64,000 nucleotides of DNA from an uncultured Thermococci archaeon (GTDB taxonomy: Archaea; CAYQAE01; CAYVLA01), in contig CAZJVP010000020.1 in NCBI GenBank assembly GCA_964549615.1, positions 160,001 to 224,000 of the forward strand. Reading direction: 5' to 3'. The position numbers were made by a program, and so were the translations under genes. Below the pieces are notes generated by a model. The model worked only from the letters and a program-made list of their open reading frames with translations. It did no database searches and was not told the origin of the DNA. Positions 47,140 through 57,051 of the stretch are shown here, piece after piece. The stretch's first letter is position 1. Every line of letters starts with the position of its first letter.

Positions 47140-50100
47140 GTGATGCGGGCGCCGACATTCCTCGCCTTGGTCCTGGTATCGCTTCTAAGCAGCCTATCCG
47201 CTGCAATCGCAGAGAACGCGATTACGGTGCCCGACGACTTCAGCACCATAGCTGAAGCAATAGCCGCCGCAACGCCGGGTCAGATTATACTCATTCAGCC
47301 AGGGGTCTACAATGAGAAGCTCTCAATCGATAAGGGAATAATGCTGCGCGGACTCAAGCCCGACGAGACTTTCATCTTTAGTAACGAAGAGCCGTGCACA
47401 ATCTGGATAGGTGCTGCCCATGTCGTCCTTTCTGGCGTTACGGTGATGAACTATAACGTGCGTACAAGGGGGGCCGTTCATGCCAACGGCTCGAAATACT
47501 GCACCATCACCGGCAATAGAATAATCGGCGGGCTCTATCTCACCTACTGCGACGATTGCAGAATCGAAGACAACAACATTCTTGCAGACCCATACCGCAG
47601 CACCGACGGCTTAGGCGTCATTCTGTGTCAACGCGTCACTATCCAAGGAAACACAGTCTCAGGCTTCGCGATCGGCTTGAACCTAGACCGTTCGGGTCTG
47701 TGCAAGCTCAGGCATAACCAGCTATGCGGCAACCGCCGCGGAATGTCGGTCAGAGCCATAAGCATCGACACCGCCCTTCACGATATCGACCGGACAAATG
47801 AGGTCGACGGCAAGCCGGTTTACTACTTCGTGAACGCTTGCAATCTTGTCATCGAACCCTCACATTTTCCCAAAATAGGGTACCTCGGCATAGTGGCCTC
47901 ACACAACGTTTTTGCCAGAGACCTGTCTATCACCGGGGCTGCTCAAGGAGTGCTGGTCGCGTTCTCGAGCAACGTCTTCTTGGACAATCTCACCTTGACG
48001 GACAATGATAACGGGCTGAACATGTTCTCCACCTCGGATTCCGAGATAAGGCGGAGTACCTTGAGCCGCAACAACATCGGCATCAACGCGATCCGGTCAG
48101 ACCGCATCACGGTTGTCGACAACAAGATTGGGCCGGGCGACGGCTGTGCAACGGGCCTTAACGTGCAAGCCGGAACGCTCTGGACGATCAGGCGCAACGT
48201 GATCATTGGGAACTACATGCAGATCCGAATGTATGACTGTAGGTATTTCGTCATAAGACAGAACACGGTTGCAAATGGTCTCCGAGGGCCCCCCTCGTGG
48301 AATCCAGGGTGTGGCATCGAACTCTGGTACAGCCAAGATAACAAGATCTGCCAGAACAACTGGATCGGGAATCCCGTACACGCAAGCATACCAGTCGGTT
48401 CGTATGCGAACACGTGGGATGACGGTTTGCTGGGGGGCGGCAACTTCTGGGATACCCACAAGGTCAAGGACGCAAACGGCGACGGATTCGGCGATACTCC
48501 TTATGTCATCGACCTGATGAACTCGGACAGATATCCGCTGATGAAATACTATGGTTGGGAGGACGTTGAGATCGATCTTTCACAAGCCTCAGACACGCGC
48601 TGCGATTTGAACTCGAGTCAGCTGGTCGCTTTTCACGCACGCTGGAAGCAGAGCGGCCTCGACCTTCAAGGCGGGACGATCTACGTGAATGGTACGCCGT
48701 ACAATACCAACAGCCTCGGCTGGCTGAGCTTCAGCTGCAAGTTCCCGGAATGCGGCAAGAGGTCGTGGAAGGTCACGTCAGTTGAATATGATGGTCCTAG
48801 GTCCTATGCGCAGATCGCCCCGAGTCCGTCGATCGTTTGGGATTCCGTCGACATCGAGCTGAGGGCAATAAAGGAGAGGTGCGACACGGGTTCACAGGGC
48901 CTGGCCTGGACGGCACGTTACCGATATGACCAGGCCCAGTTTGAGGGCCTCATAGTCCTCAACGACACCTGCGTACAAGATCAACCTGGCCGATATGGGT
49001 ACAAGGTTACGGAGGTGGTGGACGAGGCATATGGGCTGAGTGTATTCGAATCAAACGAGGTATCCGTTGTGTACGACAGGGTCAATCTGACACTTGTCCC
49101 TGTTGACGTGAGAGCCGACGTCGGAACGTTGGTCCCTGTCAAATGCAGAGGTACATACGAATATGATGGCTCGCCCTTCAACGGGACAGTTGGCTTCTTG
49201 CAGGTGCTAAGTTCGGACAGGGTAGGAGCCAAGGAATCAACTGCAGAATGGATCGTCGACCCACTGTACGGGCTTACGGCTTTTTGCTCAAATGCCGCAC
49301 TGGTCATCTTCGACAGGGTTAGGATCACTCTTTTCGACGACAGGATTGACGTGGGCAGCTGCACCCCCTTAGAGTGGAACGGATCATACGAATACGATGG
49401 ATCTCCTTTCAGGGGTGAGATTGAACTCAACGACAGTCCCGGATCTGACGAGGTTTGTCTCAAGAGATTCTGGGTGAAACGAATCAAGGATCCGCTTTAC
49501 AATCTGACGGCATTCACTTCGAATGAAGCGAGCGTCGTCTACGATCGGGTGATAATCAACCTTACCGTTTCCGATGACCACATAGATGTAGGACGGGCTG
49601 CCGACTTGAAGATTGCTGCCCGTTACGAGTTTGATGGTGCCGCCTTTGACGGCTTGGTCTTCTTGAACGACACCCGGATCGTCCTTGATGCCCCCGGCAG
49701 AAGGGCCTTCACCGCCTCGTCCATCACCGACTTCCTCTACGGCCTGAACGAATTCAAATCAAACGCCGCCGCCGTGACTTGGGACAGGGTCCGTGTTCTT
49801 CTATCCGTTGAGAGAGATCGCGTGGACGTTGGGACGGCCCCCGAAATTCTAGCGCACGCTGTGTATGAGTACGACCATTCGCCGATCTCGGGGTCGGTGA
49901 TACTCAACGACACCACACAGAAGCAACAGCTTGGCTTGTTCGCATACACGGTGCGGGAGGTGCGCGACGAGAAGTACGGGCTTTGCGAGTTCTCGGCGAA
50001 TTGCATCAGGGTGATCTATGACACCGTATTGCTCGACATGCTTATCTCAGACCCCAGGATCGACATCGGCACCTCGCCAAACATCACGGTCTCCGGAAGA

Positions 50101-51333
50101 TACGCGTACGACGACAGCCCCTTCGAAGGCAAGGTTCAGCTTAACGACACCCTTGCGCCAGTACACGAGATAGGGAAAAAAACTTACGGGGTCAAAGCAA
50201 TTGAAGATCCGAGGTATGGGCTTGCGACCTTCCGTTGCAATTCGGTGGACTGCGTATTCGACGAGGTGGAGATCGAGCTCAGCACCCCAAGGCATCGCAT
50301 CGATGTGGACGCGAACGCCCAGATAATCCCAGTCGCTCGCTATCAGTACGACAACACTAAGTTCTCTGGCTCCATCGTGTTGAACGACACCATCACTCGC
50401 TATCCCTATCCCTGCAAGAGGAGCTACACGGTAGCATCCATCGGAGACGCCCTGTATGGTCTCACAAAGTTCCGTTCGAACACAATTTCGGTCGTCTTCG
50501 ATCAGATCCAGGCGACGGTGACGGTGGAAGATCAGCGGATCGACGTAGGGTCGGAGGCTAATCTCACAGTTGCAGGAACGTACGCGTACGACGGATCGCC
50601 GTTCGTGGGATCGCTCCGCCTAAACGACACTCGCCTCTCCCAGGAAGAGGTTGGGAGGAGAGGATACACCGTCGCGTCCGTTAGAGACGATCTTTATGGC
50701 TTAGAGAGCTTCCGCTGCAACCAGGTCTACGTTATCTTCGATAAAGTGGGCATCATCCTTCAGGGACCTGCCCGCAGGGTCCAAGCAGGTAAGAATGCCA
50801 CAGTGGTTGCGCACGGAACATATTCCTACGACGGCCAGCCTTTCGTCGGATCGATCCACATCAACAAGCCGACCAAACAGGATTCGGTTGGCAAGATTTC
50901 CTACGGAGTCGAGGGCATCTCGGATGGCCTCTTTGGGCTCAGCATCTTCGATGCTAATCAGATCGAAGTTACCTTTGACTTGATAAGGGTGGAGCAAAGA
51001 CTATACTCGTGGATGCCGGGAAGGCTTAGGACAAGGGTGGAACTTCGGTATGAATCGGACATGTCCGCGGTCGAAGAGGCAAGGGTCACCGTCGGGCGGG
51101 TGCAGGCGATTAACTTGGGAATGGGCATCTACACGGCCCGCATCCCGGCTTGGAGTGCTGTTGTGAAGACCACCACGACCGTCGAACTTGACGGTTTCGA
51201 CCAAGTGGTTCTCGAAGTGAGAGCTGTAGCGGCCGGGACTATCGTCCTCATTGTCGTGCCCGTGCTCGTGGCAATCGTGGGAGGCCTCGCTCGTCTTCTG
51301 AAGGAGAGGAGGAGGACCCGGGAAAATCTCTGA
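47140..51333 (+). CDS. Large cell-surface protein: NosD/right-handed beta-helix, nine tandem ~79-aa beta repeats, C-terminal TM
   Basis: Signal peptide; VPDDFSTIAEAI, NEVDGKPVYY, GGNFWD...D.NGDGFGDTPYVI...DRYPL; repeats; TM followed by a basic tail. Confidence 0.9.
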   Translation: MMRAPTFLALVLVSLLSSLSAAIAENAITVPDDFSTIAEAIAAATPGQIILIQPGVYNEKLSIDKGIMLRGLKPDETFIFSNEEPCTIWIGAAHVVLSGVTVMNYNVRTRGAVHANGSKYCTITGNRIIGGLYLTYCDDCRIEDNNILADPYRSTDGLGVILCQRVTIQGNTVSGFAIGLNLDRSGLCKLRHNQLCGNRRGMSVRAISIDTALHDIDRTNEVDGKPVYYFVNACNLVIEPSHFPKIGYLGIVASHNVFARDLSITGAAQGVLVAFSSNVFLDNLTLTDNDNGLNMFSTSDSEIRRSTLSRNNIGINAIRSDRITVVDNKIGPGDGCATGLNVQAGTLWTIRRNVIIGNYMQIRMYDCRYFVIRQNTVANGLRGPPSWNPGCGIELWYSQDNKICQNNWIGNPVHASIPVGSYANTWDDGLLGGGNFWDTHKVKDANGDGFGDTPYVIDLMNSDRYPLMKYYGWEDVEIDLSQASDTRCDLNSSQLVAFHARWKQSGLDLQGGTIYVNGTPYNTNSLGWLSFSCKFPECGKRSWKVTSVEYDGPRSYAQIAPSPSIVWDSVDIELRAIKERCDTGSQGLAWTARYRYDQAQFEGLIVLNDTCVQDQPGRYGYKVTEVVDEAYGLSVFESNEVSVVYDRVNLTLVPVDVRADVGTLVPVKCRGTYEYDGSPFNGTVGFLQVLSSDRVGAKESTAEWIVDPLYGLTAFCSNAALVIFDRVRITLFDDRIDVGSCTPLEWNGSYEYDGSPFRGEIELNDSPGSDEVCLKRFWVKRIKDPLYNLTAFTSNEASVVYDRVIINLTVSDDHIDVGRAADLKIAARYEFDGAAFDGLVFLNDTRIVLDAPGRRAFTASSITDFLYGLNEFKSNAAAVTWDRVRVLLSVERDRVDVGTAPEILAHAVYEYDHSPISGSVILNDTTQKQQLGLFAYTVREVRDEKYGLCEFSANCIRVIYDTVLLDMLISDPRIDIGTSPNITVSGRYAYDDSPFEGKVQLNDTLAPVHEIGKKTYGVKAIEDPRYGLATFRCNSVDCVFDEVEIELSTPRHRIDVDANAQIIPVARYQYDNTKFSGSIVLNDTITRYPYPCKRSYTVASIGDALYGLTKFRSNTISVVFDQIQATVTVEDQRIDVGSEANLTVAGTYAYDGSPFVGSLRLNDTRLSQEEVGRRGYTVASVRDDLYGLESFRCNQVYVIFDKVGIILQGPARRVQAGKNATVVAHGTYSYDGQPFVGSIHINKPTKQDSVGKISYGVEGISDGLFGLSIFDANQIEVTFDLIRVEQRLYSWMPGRLRTRVELRYESDMSAVEEARVTVGRVQAINLGMGIYTARIPAWSAVVKTTTTVELDGFDQVVLEVRAVAAGTIVLIVVPVLVAIVGGLARLLKERRRTRENL
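48838..50973 (+). repeat. Nine tandem ~79-codon protein repeats
   Basis: Consensus [WYF]DxVxIxL...RIDVG...GxYxYDGSPFxGxVxLNDT...G...YTV..IxDxxYGLxxFxSN, counted nine times in the translation. Confidence 0.9.
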
Positions 51334-51357
51334 AACGCTCGCAATTCTGAAGAGCTG

Positions 51358-51600
51358 CTATCTTGACTTCAAAGACGCCTGTGAATCGACCCTGACAGGC
51401 TTGGAGCCGACCCTTGCGAGGGATTTGATAAGCTTCTCAGCTGGAAGCGGTCTAATTTCGACCGAAGGAAACTCTATGAATTGTACGCCGACGAGCTCCC
51501 TTCTAGCCTCGATCGCGCGCCCCGGAACCTCCGGAACGGATGCCACATAGGAATAACCCCTTGTCCTTCTGGACAACCACACTAGGTAGGTCTCACGCAC
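51358..51600 (-). pseudogene. Collapsed hicB-hicA toxin-antitoxin relic
   Basis: YLVWL...YVASVPEVPG then AIEA...ELVGVQFIE (HicB N- and C-terminal parts, middle missing), followed by RPLPAEKLIKSLARVG.KPVR (HicA N-terminus, ending before the GSH motif). Confidence 0.65.
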
Positions 51601-51977
51601 CGTGGGTCATGGTGCTTGGCGATTCCAAGATAGTTTCCAGCGCACGGCGCACGTTTCGGGGAATCTTCCAGCAAGGAGCAGGCAGCCGTAGCACACCCGC
51701 TGCCAGAATACCTTGCTTGCCCCCGGACTAGGGTGCCTCGCGGCCAATCCAATATCGCATTCGAGATCTCACTGCCGAAATCCATCCATCAAAATCCCGC
51801 TAGATTAGCGACGCCGGCCTCCGCCTCATCACACAACCATATCAGGACTCAACACCCATGGCGCACCAAGCACCGCATGCCGGGGAGGAAACCGCCGATG
51901 CTGCTTGGCCCCTTGGAGCCGCCAAAGGAGACCATTTTTGACCACCAACAGTTGGCCAAGGACGAGGCGATCGGGCG

Positions 51978-53333
51978 TTGTCGCAACAGATTCCCCTAGG
52001 TGAAGCGGCCCTCGAGGTCATCCGGCAGGCGAAGAGCGAGGTCGACCCCAGGGTCCAGATATCCAAGAAGGAGTATCGACGCAGGTGGGAGATGGTCCAG
52101 CAGGCCATGCGGGACAGGGAGGTGGACCTGGCATACGCGTGCGGAAGCGAGTTGGACAGATCGGATGCCGCGTGGCTCGTGGGCGCATTCGACCCCATCA
52201 TCGAGCGCTACGGGGTGCTCGTCCCCTCGGAGGGACCGCCTGCGATACTTGCGGGGTCCGAGGGTGGCCACGTCATGGAGGAGGCGGCCGAGAGGTCCGG
52301 AGCAAGGATATACCTCCTCCGGGAGTTCCAGATATCGGATGAGGAGTATCGGCACGCGCAGTTCACAACCCTGGACGATGTCCTCTCCTGCCTGAACGCC
52401 GGTTCGGCGAAGAAGCTTGCCATCGTCTCAAGCCCGGATGTGCTGCCCTACTCTCAGTTCGAGATCTTCAGAAAGAGGTTTGGGGAGGGGGTCGTCTTCG
52501 ATCCGATCCTGCAGACGCTGAAATATGAGAAGAGCCTCCCTGAACTCCTGATATGCGGCCAGGCAAACATCATCGCCGACGCGGCGCTGCGGGCCATGCT
52601 TGCCTCCATCCAACCCGGGGTAAGCGAGCTTGAGGTAGCGGGGGTGGGCGATTTCGTGATGAAGGAGCTGGGGGCCGGAAGAACAGGCTTCCCCACAATC
52701 GTGACCGCTGGCGAGCGTAACTACACCGTCATCGGCCCGGCGACCAACAACAAGATCAGGAAGGGCGACATGATATCGTTGGGGGTCAGCCCCTGCTTCA
52801 ACGGGTACCACGGCGTTGTCAGGCGAACGGTCAAGGCAGGAGAGCTCACGAAGGAGGAGGACGAGTTCCTGAAGGCGGTGGAGGGCCTCTACCGCGTCGT
52901 GATGGACGCCACGATCGAGGCGGCAGGGCGTGACCTGCCCTCAAACCACATCGACCAGGCAGGCAAGGCTTACCTGTCAAAGCTCAAGCTTAGAACGATC
53001 TCGGGCAGTCTGGAGACCCCCATCGAGCCCTACACGTTCATCCACAACACGGGTTGCTCGGAGTGTCAGGAAGGTTACGGGGCGGTCACGCCGCACACGC
53101 AGGCCCCGCTTGGCCACAGGGTCGCCCTGATGATCGATGTCGCGCTGCTGGGCTTCAGGCGGAGGGGGGAGGCCCTCTTCCACGTGCCCTACGGAGTCGT
53201 CGAGGATGCCTTCTGGAAAATGGACAGCCGGGTTGGCGTCTACAACCGGCTCCCCCTCCGCGCCCAGGACCTGGTGGGCAATCTCTCCGACTACGAGGCG
53301 AACCCCTACCACTCCCCCGTCCCGGCCGGTTAG
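51978..53333 (+). CDS. M24/creatinase-fold hydrolase with degenerate metal ligands
   Basis: EYRRRWEMVQQAM (creatinase N-domain), KSLPEL, PGVSELEV, FPTIV, IRKGDMI, HNTG. Confidence 0.82.
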   Translation: MSQQIPLGEAALEVIRQAKSEVDPRVQISKKEYRRRWEMVQQAMRDREVDLAYACGSELDRSDAAWLVGAFDPIIERYGVLVPSEGPPAILAGSEGGHVMEEAAERSGARIYLLREFQISDEEYRHAQFTTLDDVLSCLNAGSAKKLAIVSSPDVLPYSQFEIFRKRFGEGVVFDPILQTLKYEKSLPELLICGQANIIADAALRAMLASIQPGVSELEVAGVGDFVMKELGAGRTGFPTIVTAGERNYTVIGPATNNKIRKGDMISLGVSPCFNGYHGVVRRTVKAGELTKEEDEFLKAVEGLYRVVMDATIEAAGRDLPSNHIDQAGKAYLSKLKLRTISGSLETPIEPYTFIHNTGCSECQEGYGAVTPHTQAPLGHRVALMIDVALLGFRRRGEALFHVPYGVVEDAFWKMDSRVGVYNRLPLRAQDLVGNLSDYEANPYHSPVPAG

Positions 53334-54104
53334 CTAGACCAGCTCGTACGCATCGGGGCGGCGATCCGTGATGATGTGGTTGTGAGGGGTCACGCTCTTG
53401 TCGGCTGCCTCCGACGGATCGATCTCTACCACGCCCCACTCAACCCGGCGCCCTCCCGCAGACGCAAGCACCGTTCCTTTCGGGGAGATGATCTGGGACC
53501 TGCCGATGAAGCGTATGCCTCTCTCGTCCCCCACCCGGCTTGCAGTTACGATGAAGACTCGGTTCTCAATGGCCCGCGTGAAGGCGGCCTTCGGCCAGAA
53601 CGGCAGCACCAGGTTGGCCGGGTGGGCGATCACCTGCGCCCCCTTGAGCATGAGCGTCCGGCACGATTCGGGGAAGAACCAGTCAAAGCAGATCATCACC
53701 CCTACCGCGACGCGCCTGTAACGATGCACCGCGAACCGCGCGCCGGGCTCGAAAAGCGCCTTCTCCCTGCCGAAAAGGTGAACCTTGCGGTGAACCTCCA
53801 ACTTTGATGGGGTGATCAGCGCGGCCGAATTGTAGAACTTGCCCTCTGCCCTTTCTGCGAACCCAGCAACCGCGGCCATGCCCTTGGACTCGCACAGCAT
53901 CCGGAGCCTATCGATGGTGTATCCGCCTCGCGGCTGCTCTGCGACCACCTCCAGTTCCTGCCTGGTCAGGGCATAGCCGGTATTGAAGAGCTCCGGCAGG
54001 ACCACCAGGTCGGCGTCCAGACCGTCCAAGAGTGCGACTGCGTCCTCCACGTTTCGCTGGATCTGCATGATCCGCGGCCTGGTCTGAAGGTATCCTATCC
54101 TCAA
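53334..54104 (-). CDS. Carbon-nitrogen hydrolase (nitrilase superfamily)
   Basis: E-K-C triad in LPELF, HRKVHLF, ICFDWFFPE. Confidence 0.94.
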   Translation of the reverse strand: MRIGYLQTRPRIMQIQRNVEDAVALLDGLDADLVVLPELFNTGYALTRQELEVVAEQPRGGYTIDRLRMLCESKGMAAVAGFAERAEGKFYNSAALITPSKLEVHRKVHLFGREKALFEPGARFAVHRYRRVAVGVMICFDWFFPESCRTLMLKGAQVIAHPANLVLPFWPKAAFTRAIENRVFIVTASRVGDERGIRFIGRSQIISPKGTVLASAGGRRVEWGVVEIDPSEAADKSVTPHNHIITDRRPDAYELV

Positions 54105-54207
54105 CGACGTTCACCGCCATCTAACTGAGCTGGCGCGACAGATAAACCCGGATCCCTCGACCCGGCTGCTCCGCCGACCCCGAAAACTGCCCTTGAGGGA
54201 CGCCAAT

Positions 54208-57051
54208 CTACCTCCAGACGATCCGGAGGCCCTCGACCCCGAGCGGCGTGCCGACGTAGCTGTCCGTCCACCCATGTGCATCCCGGAAGCTGTTGGGATT
54301 CACCCCTGTGAACTCGTCCTTCTTCCAGTGCCTCGGCCCAAGCAGGTTTCGCAGGCTATTGACCAATCGTATGGAGATCCGATTGACTCCCTTGGCGATA
54401 GCTTCGCCTGCATCGAGACGGTACTCCCGCCAGAAGACCTTGCCCAGTTCCTTGCCGTTGACGGCGAACTCCGAAACGATCGCGCCAAGCTCGTCGAACT
54501 CGATATAGGGCCTGCCGGCATGCGCTTGAATATCCACATCGGCCTCAAGCCGCATCGCCCCCGCGTAGAAGGGGTAGCCCGCCTTCCTCAGGTCGGATAA
54601 GTCCTCGCAGACGGGATCCTCGTCCTCAAGCAGGGGGATCCTTCGGCCGTCCACCCGCACCGCGAAGTCCCCGAGAAGGTACGCATCCTCGACGCTCAGG
54701 TCTGGGTCGTATCTAGCCCTGAGAACAACGACGTTCCTTCCGTGCACCACCCGACCGGAGATCGCCATTCTCTCGAAGCCCGGATCAAGCCACCAAAGGT
54801 GGGGGTCAAAATCCACCTTGCTCCCGTTCACGTAGACATCGAACCTGTGGCCGTCCTCGAGCACCAGATCCAACGACCCGGAATGCCTAGCCTCGAACTC
54901 ATATCGGACCTCGAACTCGTCGCCCGGGGAAAGCGAGCAGACCGCATCCTGGACCTGCCACACCGGCATCAGCCTGCTCCATCTCCCGCCCGGGACCCTC
55001 CACCGCGCGAAGTCCAACACGCACTGGTTGGGGCTTTCGCGCGATATCCTCCATCTCGCGCGGACGGGGGAAGCTGCAATGGGCTTTCCCATGGCGGCCC
55101 GGACGCCGCCTTCAGGCGATGCCTGCAGCCCCACGCCGAAGACGCGGCCCTCACCGCCAGCAAGGTCGATTACCGTCTTAGAGGGACATGACAACACACG
55201 GCCCGACGAGGTCTCAAGCTCCAAGACCTGCAGGTCAGTCCCGAAGTCGACCTCAAGCCGCATCGTCTCCTTGTAGTGCGTGTTCACAAGAAAGTAGATC
55301 TCGGCCCTTCCGATCCTCCTGCGGTGGATCAACAGGCGATCAAGAGGAGCCCCTGAAACCCAGGCGATGGATGGGGCACTCGAGAGGCTGGGCTTGATTG
55401 CAGAACAAACGGACGCTCTTTCGTTCTTCACCAAGGGAAGGGTTGACACGAAGGTGGCTAGCTCCGCGGATTCTTCCCCCTCGATCATGGAGGGTCGCTC
55501 CCCCACACAGATCACCGCGCCGCCGCCATCCGAGAACCGCTTAAGGAGCTCGAAGGTCGTCCTCTTCAGGCTGCCCATCGGGGGCAGTACGACGACCTTG
55601 TAGCGCGACTTCCCGACCGCAAGGACCCCGCCGCGTACGCTTGCATGCCTTGCCATGATGAACTCCTCCCCGTACTCGAAATCTATCTGGCTTGCCAGAA
55701 GGTGCTCGGTGACCGCCTTGAAGCCATCGAAGATACGCTCAACCCTGCTTGCGTCCGAGGGGCTGTACTCGCACCAAGCGCTGCCGATCGAGCTCAGCAC
55801 CAACACGTCGACGATCCTCCTCCCCTGGGAGAGAAGGTAGCTCAGCCTCGAGAAGTGATCCTCCACGAGCGAGTTGTAACCCCACCAGGGCTGGTGAGCC
55901 GAGAACGTAGGAGGGTAGTCCCTCTTCCTTGGGCCTCTCAGCGAGTAAAGCGAGAGGTGGTGGTTGAGGAAGTTTATGCCCAGCGCGTACTGCCAGTTCC
56001 CGATCCAGCGCCTGTCGTGGAAGCTTAAGCCCTGGCCAGCCACGCCGTAGGTCTCCGAAAGGGTCCTCTTCTTTCCAAGCTGCGATGCGACGGATGCCAC
56101 CTGCTTCTCCACCCACGGGTTGTGAAGGCCCCTCCCCAGGTGGTCGATGCCGGGGTAGTGCATGTACTCGTAGTGCTGCATGGCGCTGCCTACGCAGTGG
56201 ATCTGACCCAAAAAGGAGTCCTCCCACTCGTAGTGCCCCGTGTACTTGAGGCCGTTTTCCTCGCACCAGTCGTAGATCTGCTTGGAGTAGGCCTCTAGGA
56301 AGAGCCTGGTCACCGTGGAGAAGAAGTGGTACCGCACCTTCCTGTAAGGCCCAACATCGAAGAACAGGCTTGGCAGGTTGTCAAGGATCGAGTACCCATG
56401 ATCCTTCTCGAACTCGGCCGGCAGCCTGTCCGTCCAGGGGAGGGCCTTCAGACTGGAAAGGACGTGATGGGTAGCGTACTGGGGCTCGTCCGTGAAAACT
56501 CCAGGGATCGTCTTTCCGAACGCGCCTCCCACATGGACCTTGTAAAGCGCGTGAGTGGACTCCAGGAAGGCTTTGACGGCCTCTGGCTCCAACAGATCAG
56601 GCAGGCATCCCTGGTGCATGACCCTGACCGAGAAATGCCACCGCTGCATCCTTCCGCCAAGCGCGAGGCTTTCGGTTCGCAACGTCCCGGCGGGCGGCAG
56701 GCCCTCGGTCGCCTTTGAACACAGGAGGACCTTGGATCTGAAGCGAGGCCCGCGCTGCGAGACCTGGCCCCCGCCCTGGCCGCTCGGCCAGCCGTTCTCA
56801 TCGTAGATCCAGAATCGCCCTCCGAGTTCCCTGTACCTCTTAACGCAGGCGCGAACTAGGTTAAACCAGCGGTTTCCGAGATAGGGGGTGAGGAGCCCAA
56901 CCCTGGCATGGAAGAAAAGCCCGCCCCAGCCCTTCTCCAGAAAATCCTCCGCGACCTTGAGAAACCTTTCCTCCTCCAGATCATCGTTGACGGAGAGGAA
57001 TGGCACCGGCCTGTACTCAACGGGGGGATTCTTGAAATCCTCAATCCTCAT
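54208..57051 (-). CDS. Glycoside hydrolase, GH106 (alpha-L-rhamnosidase)-like
   Basis: NPPVEYRPVPF, HARVGL.TPYL, WIYDENGWPSG..GG, FTDEP, PGIDHL, SETYG, RKRDYPP; C-terminal beta-sandwich. Confidence 0.85.
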   Translation of the reverse strand: MRIEDFKNPPVEYRPVPFLSVNDDLEEERFLKVAEDFLEKGWGGLFFHARVGLLTPYLGNRWFNLVRACVKRYRELGGRFWIYDENGWPSGQGGGQVSQRGPRFRSKVLLCSKATEGLPPAGTLRTESLALGGRMQRWHFSVRVMHQGCLPDLLEPEAVKAFLESTHALYKVHVGGAFGKTIPGVFTDEPQYATHHVLSSLKALPWTDRLPAEFEKDHGYSILDNLPSLFFDVGPYRKVRYHFFSTVTRLFLEAYSKQIYDWCEENGLKYTGHYEWEDSFLGQIHCVGSAMQHYEYMHYPGIDHLGRGLHNPWVEKQVASVASQLGKKRTLSETYGVAGQGLSFHDRRWIGNWQYALGINFLNHHLSLYSLRGPRKRDYPPTFSAHQPWWGYNSLVEDHFSRLSYLLSQGRRIVDVLVLSSIGSAWCEYSPSDASRVERIFDGFKAVTEHLLASQIDFEYGEEFIMARHASVRGGVLAVGKSRYKVVVLPPMGSLKRTTFELLKRFSDGGGAVICVGERPSMIEGEESAELATFVSTLPLVKNERASVCSAIKPSLSSAPSIAWVSGAPLDRLLIHRRRIGRAEIYFLVNTHYKETMRLEVDFGTDLQVLELETSSGRVLSCPSKTVIDLAGGEGRVFGVGLQASPEGGVRAAMGKPIAASPVRARWRISRESPNQCVLDFARWRVPGGRWSRLMPVWQVQDAVCSLSPGDEFEVRYEFEARHSGSLDLVLEDGHRFDVYVNGSKVDFDPHLWWLDPGFERMAISGRVVHGRNVVVLRARYDPDLSVEDAYLLGDFAVRVDGRRIPLLEDEDPVCEDLSDLRKAGYPFYAGAMRLEADVDIQAHAGRPYIEFDELGAIVSEFAVNGKELGKVFWREYRLDAGEAIAKGVNRISIRLVNSLRNLLGPRHWKKDEFTGVNPNSFRDAHGWTDSYVGTPLGVEGLRIVWR

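Noticed and set aside
5214-53333. Frequent TAG stops as a sign of pyrrolysine or stop-codon recoding
   Set aside because: TAGs fall at the expected C-termini of conserved proteins (PAN HbYX, ProRS AKAY, Mch); no pyl genes and no read-through domains.
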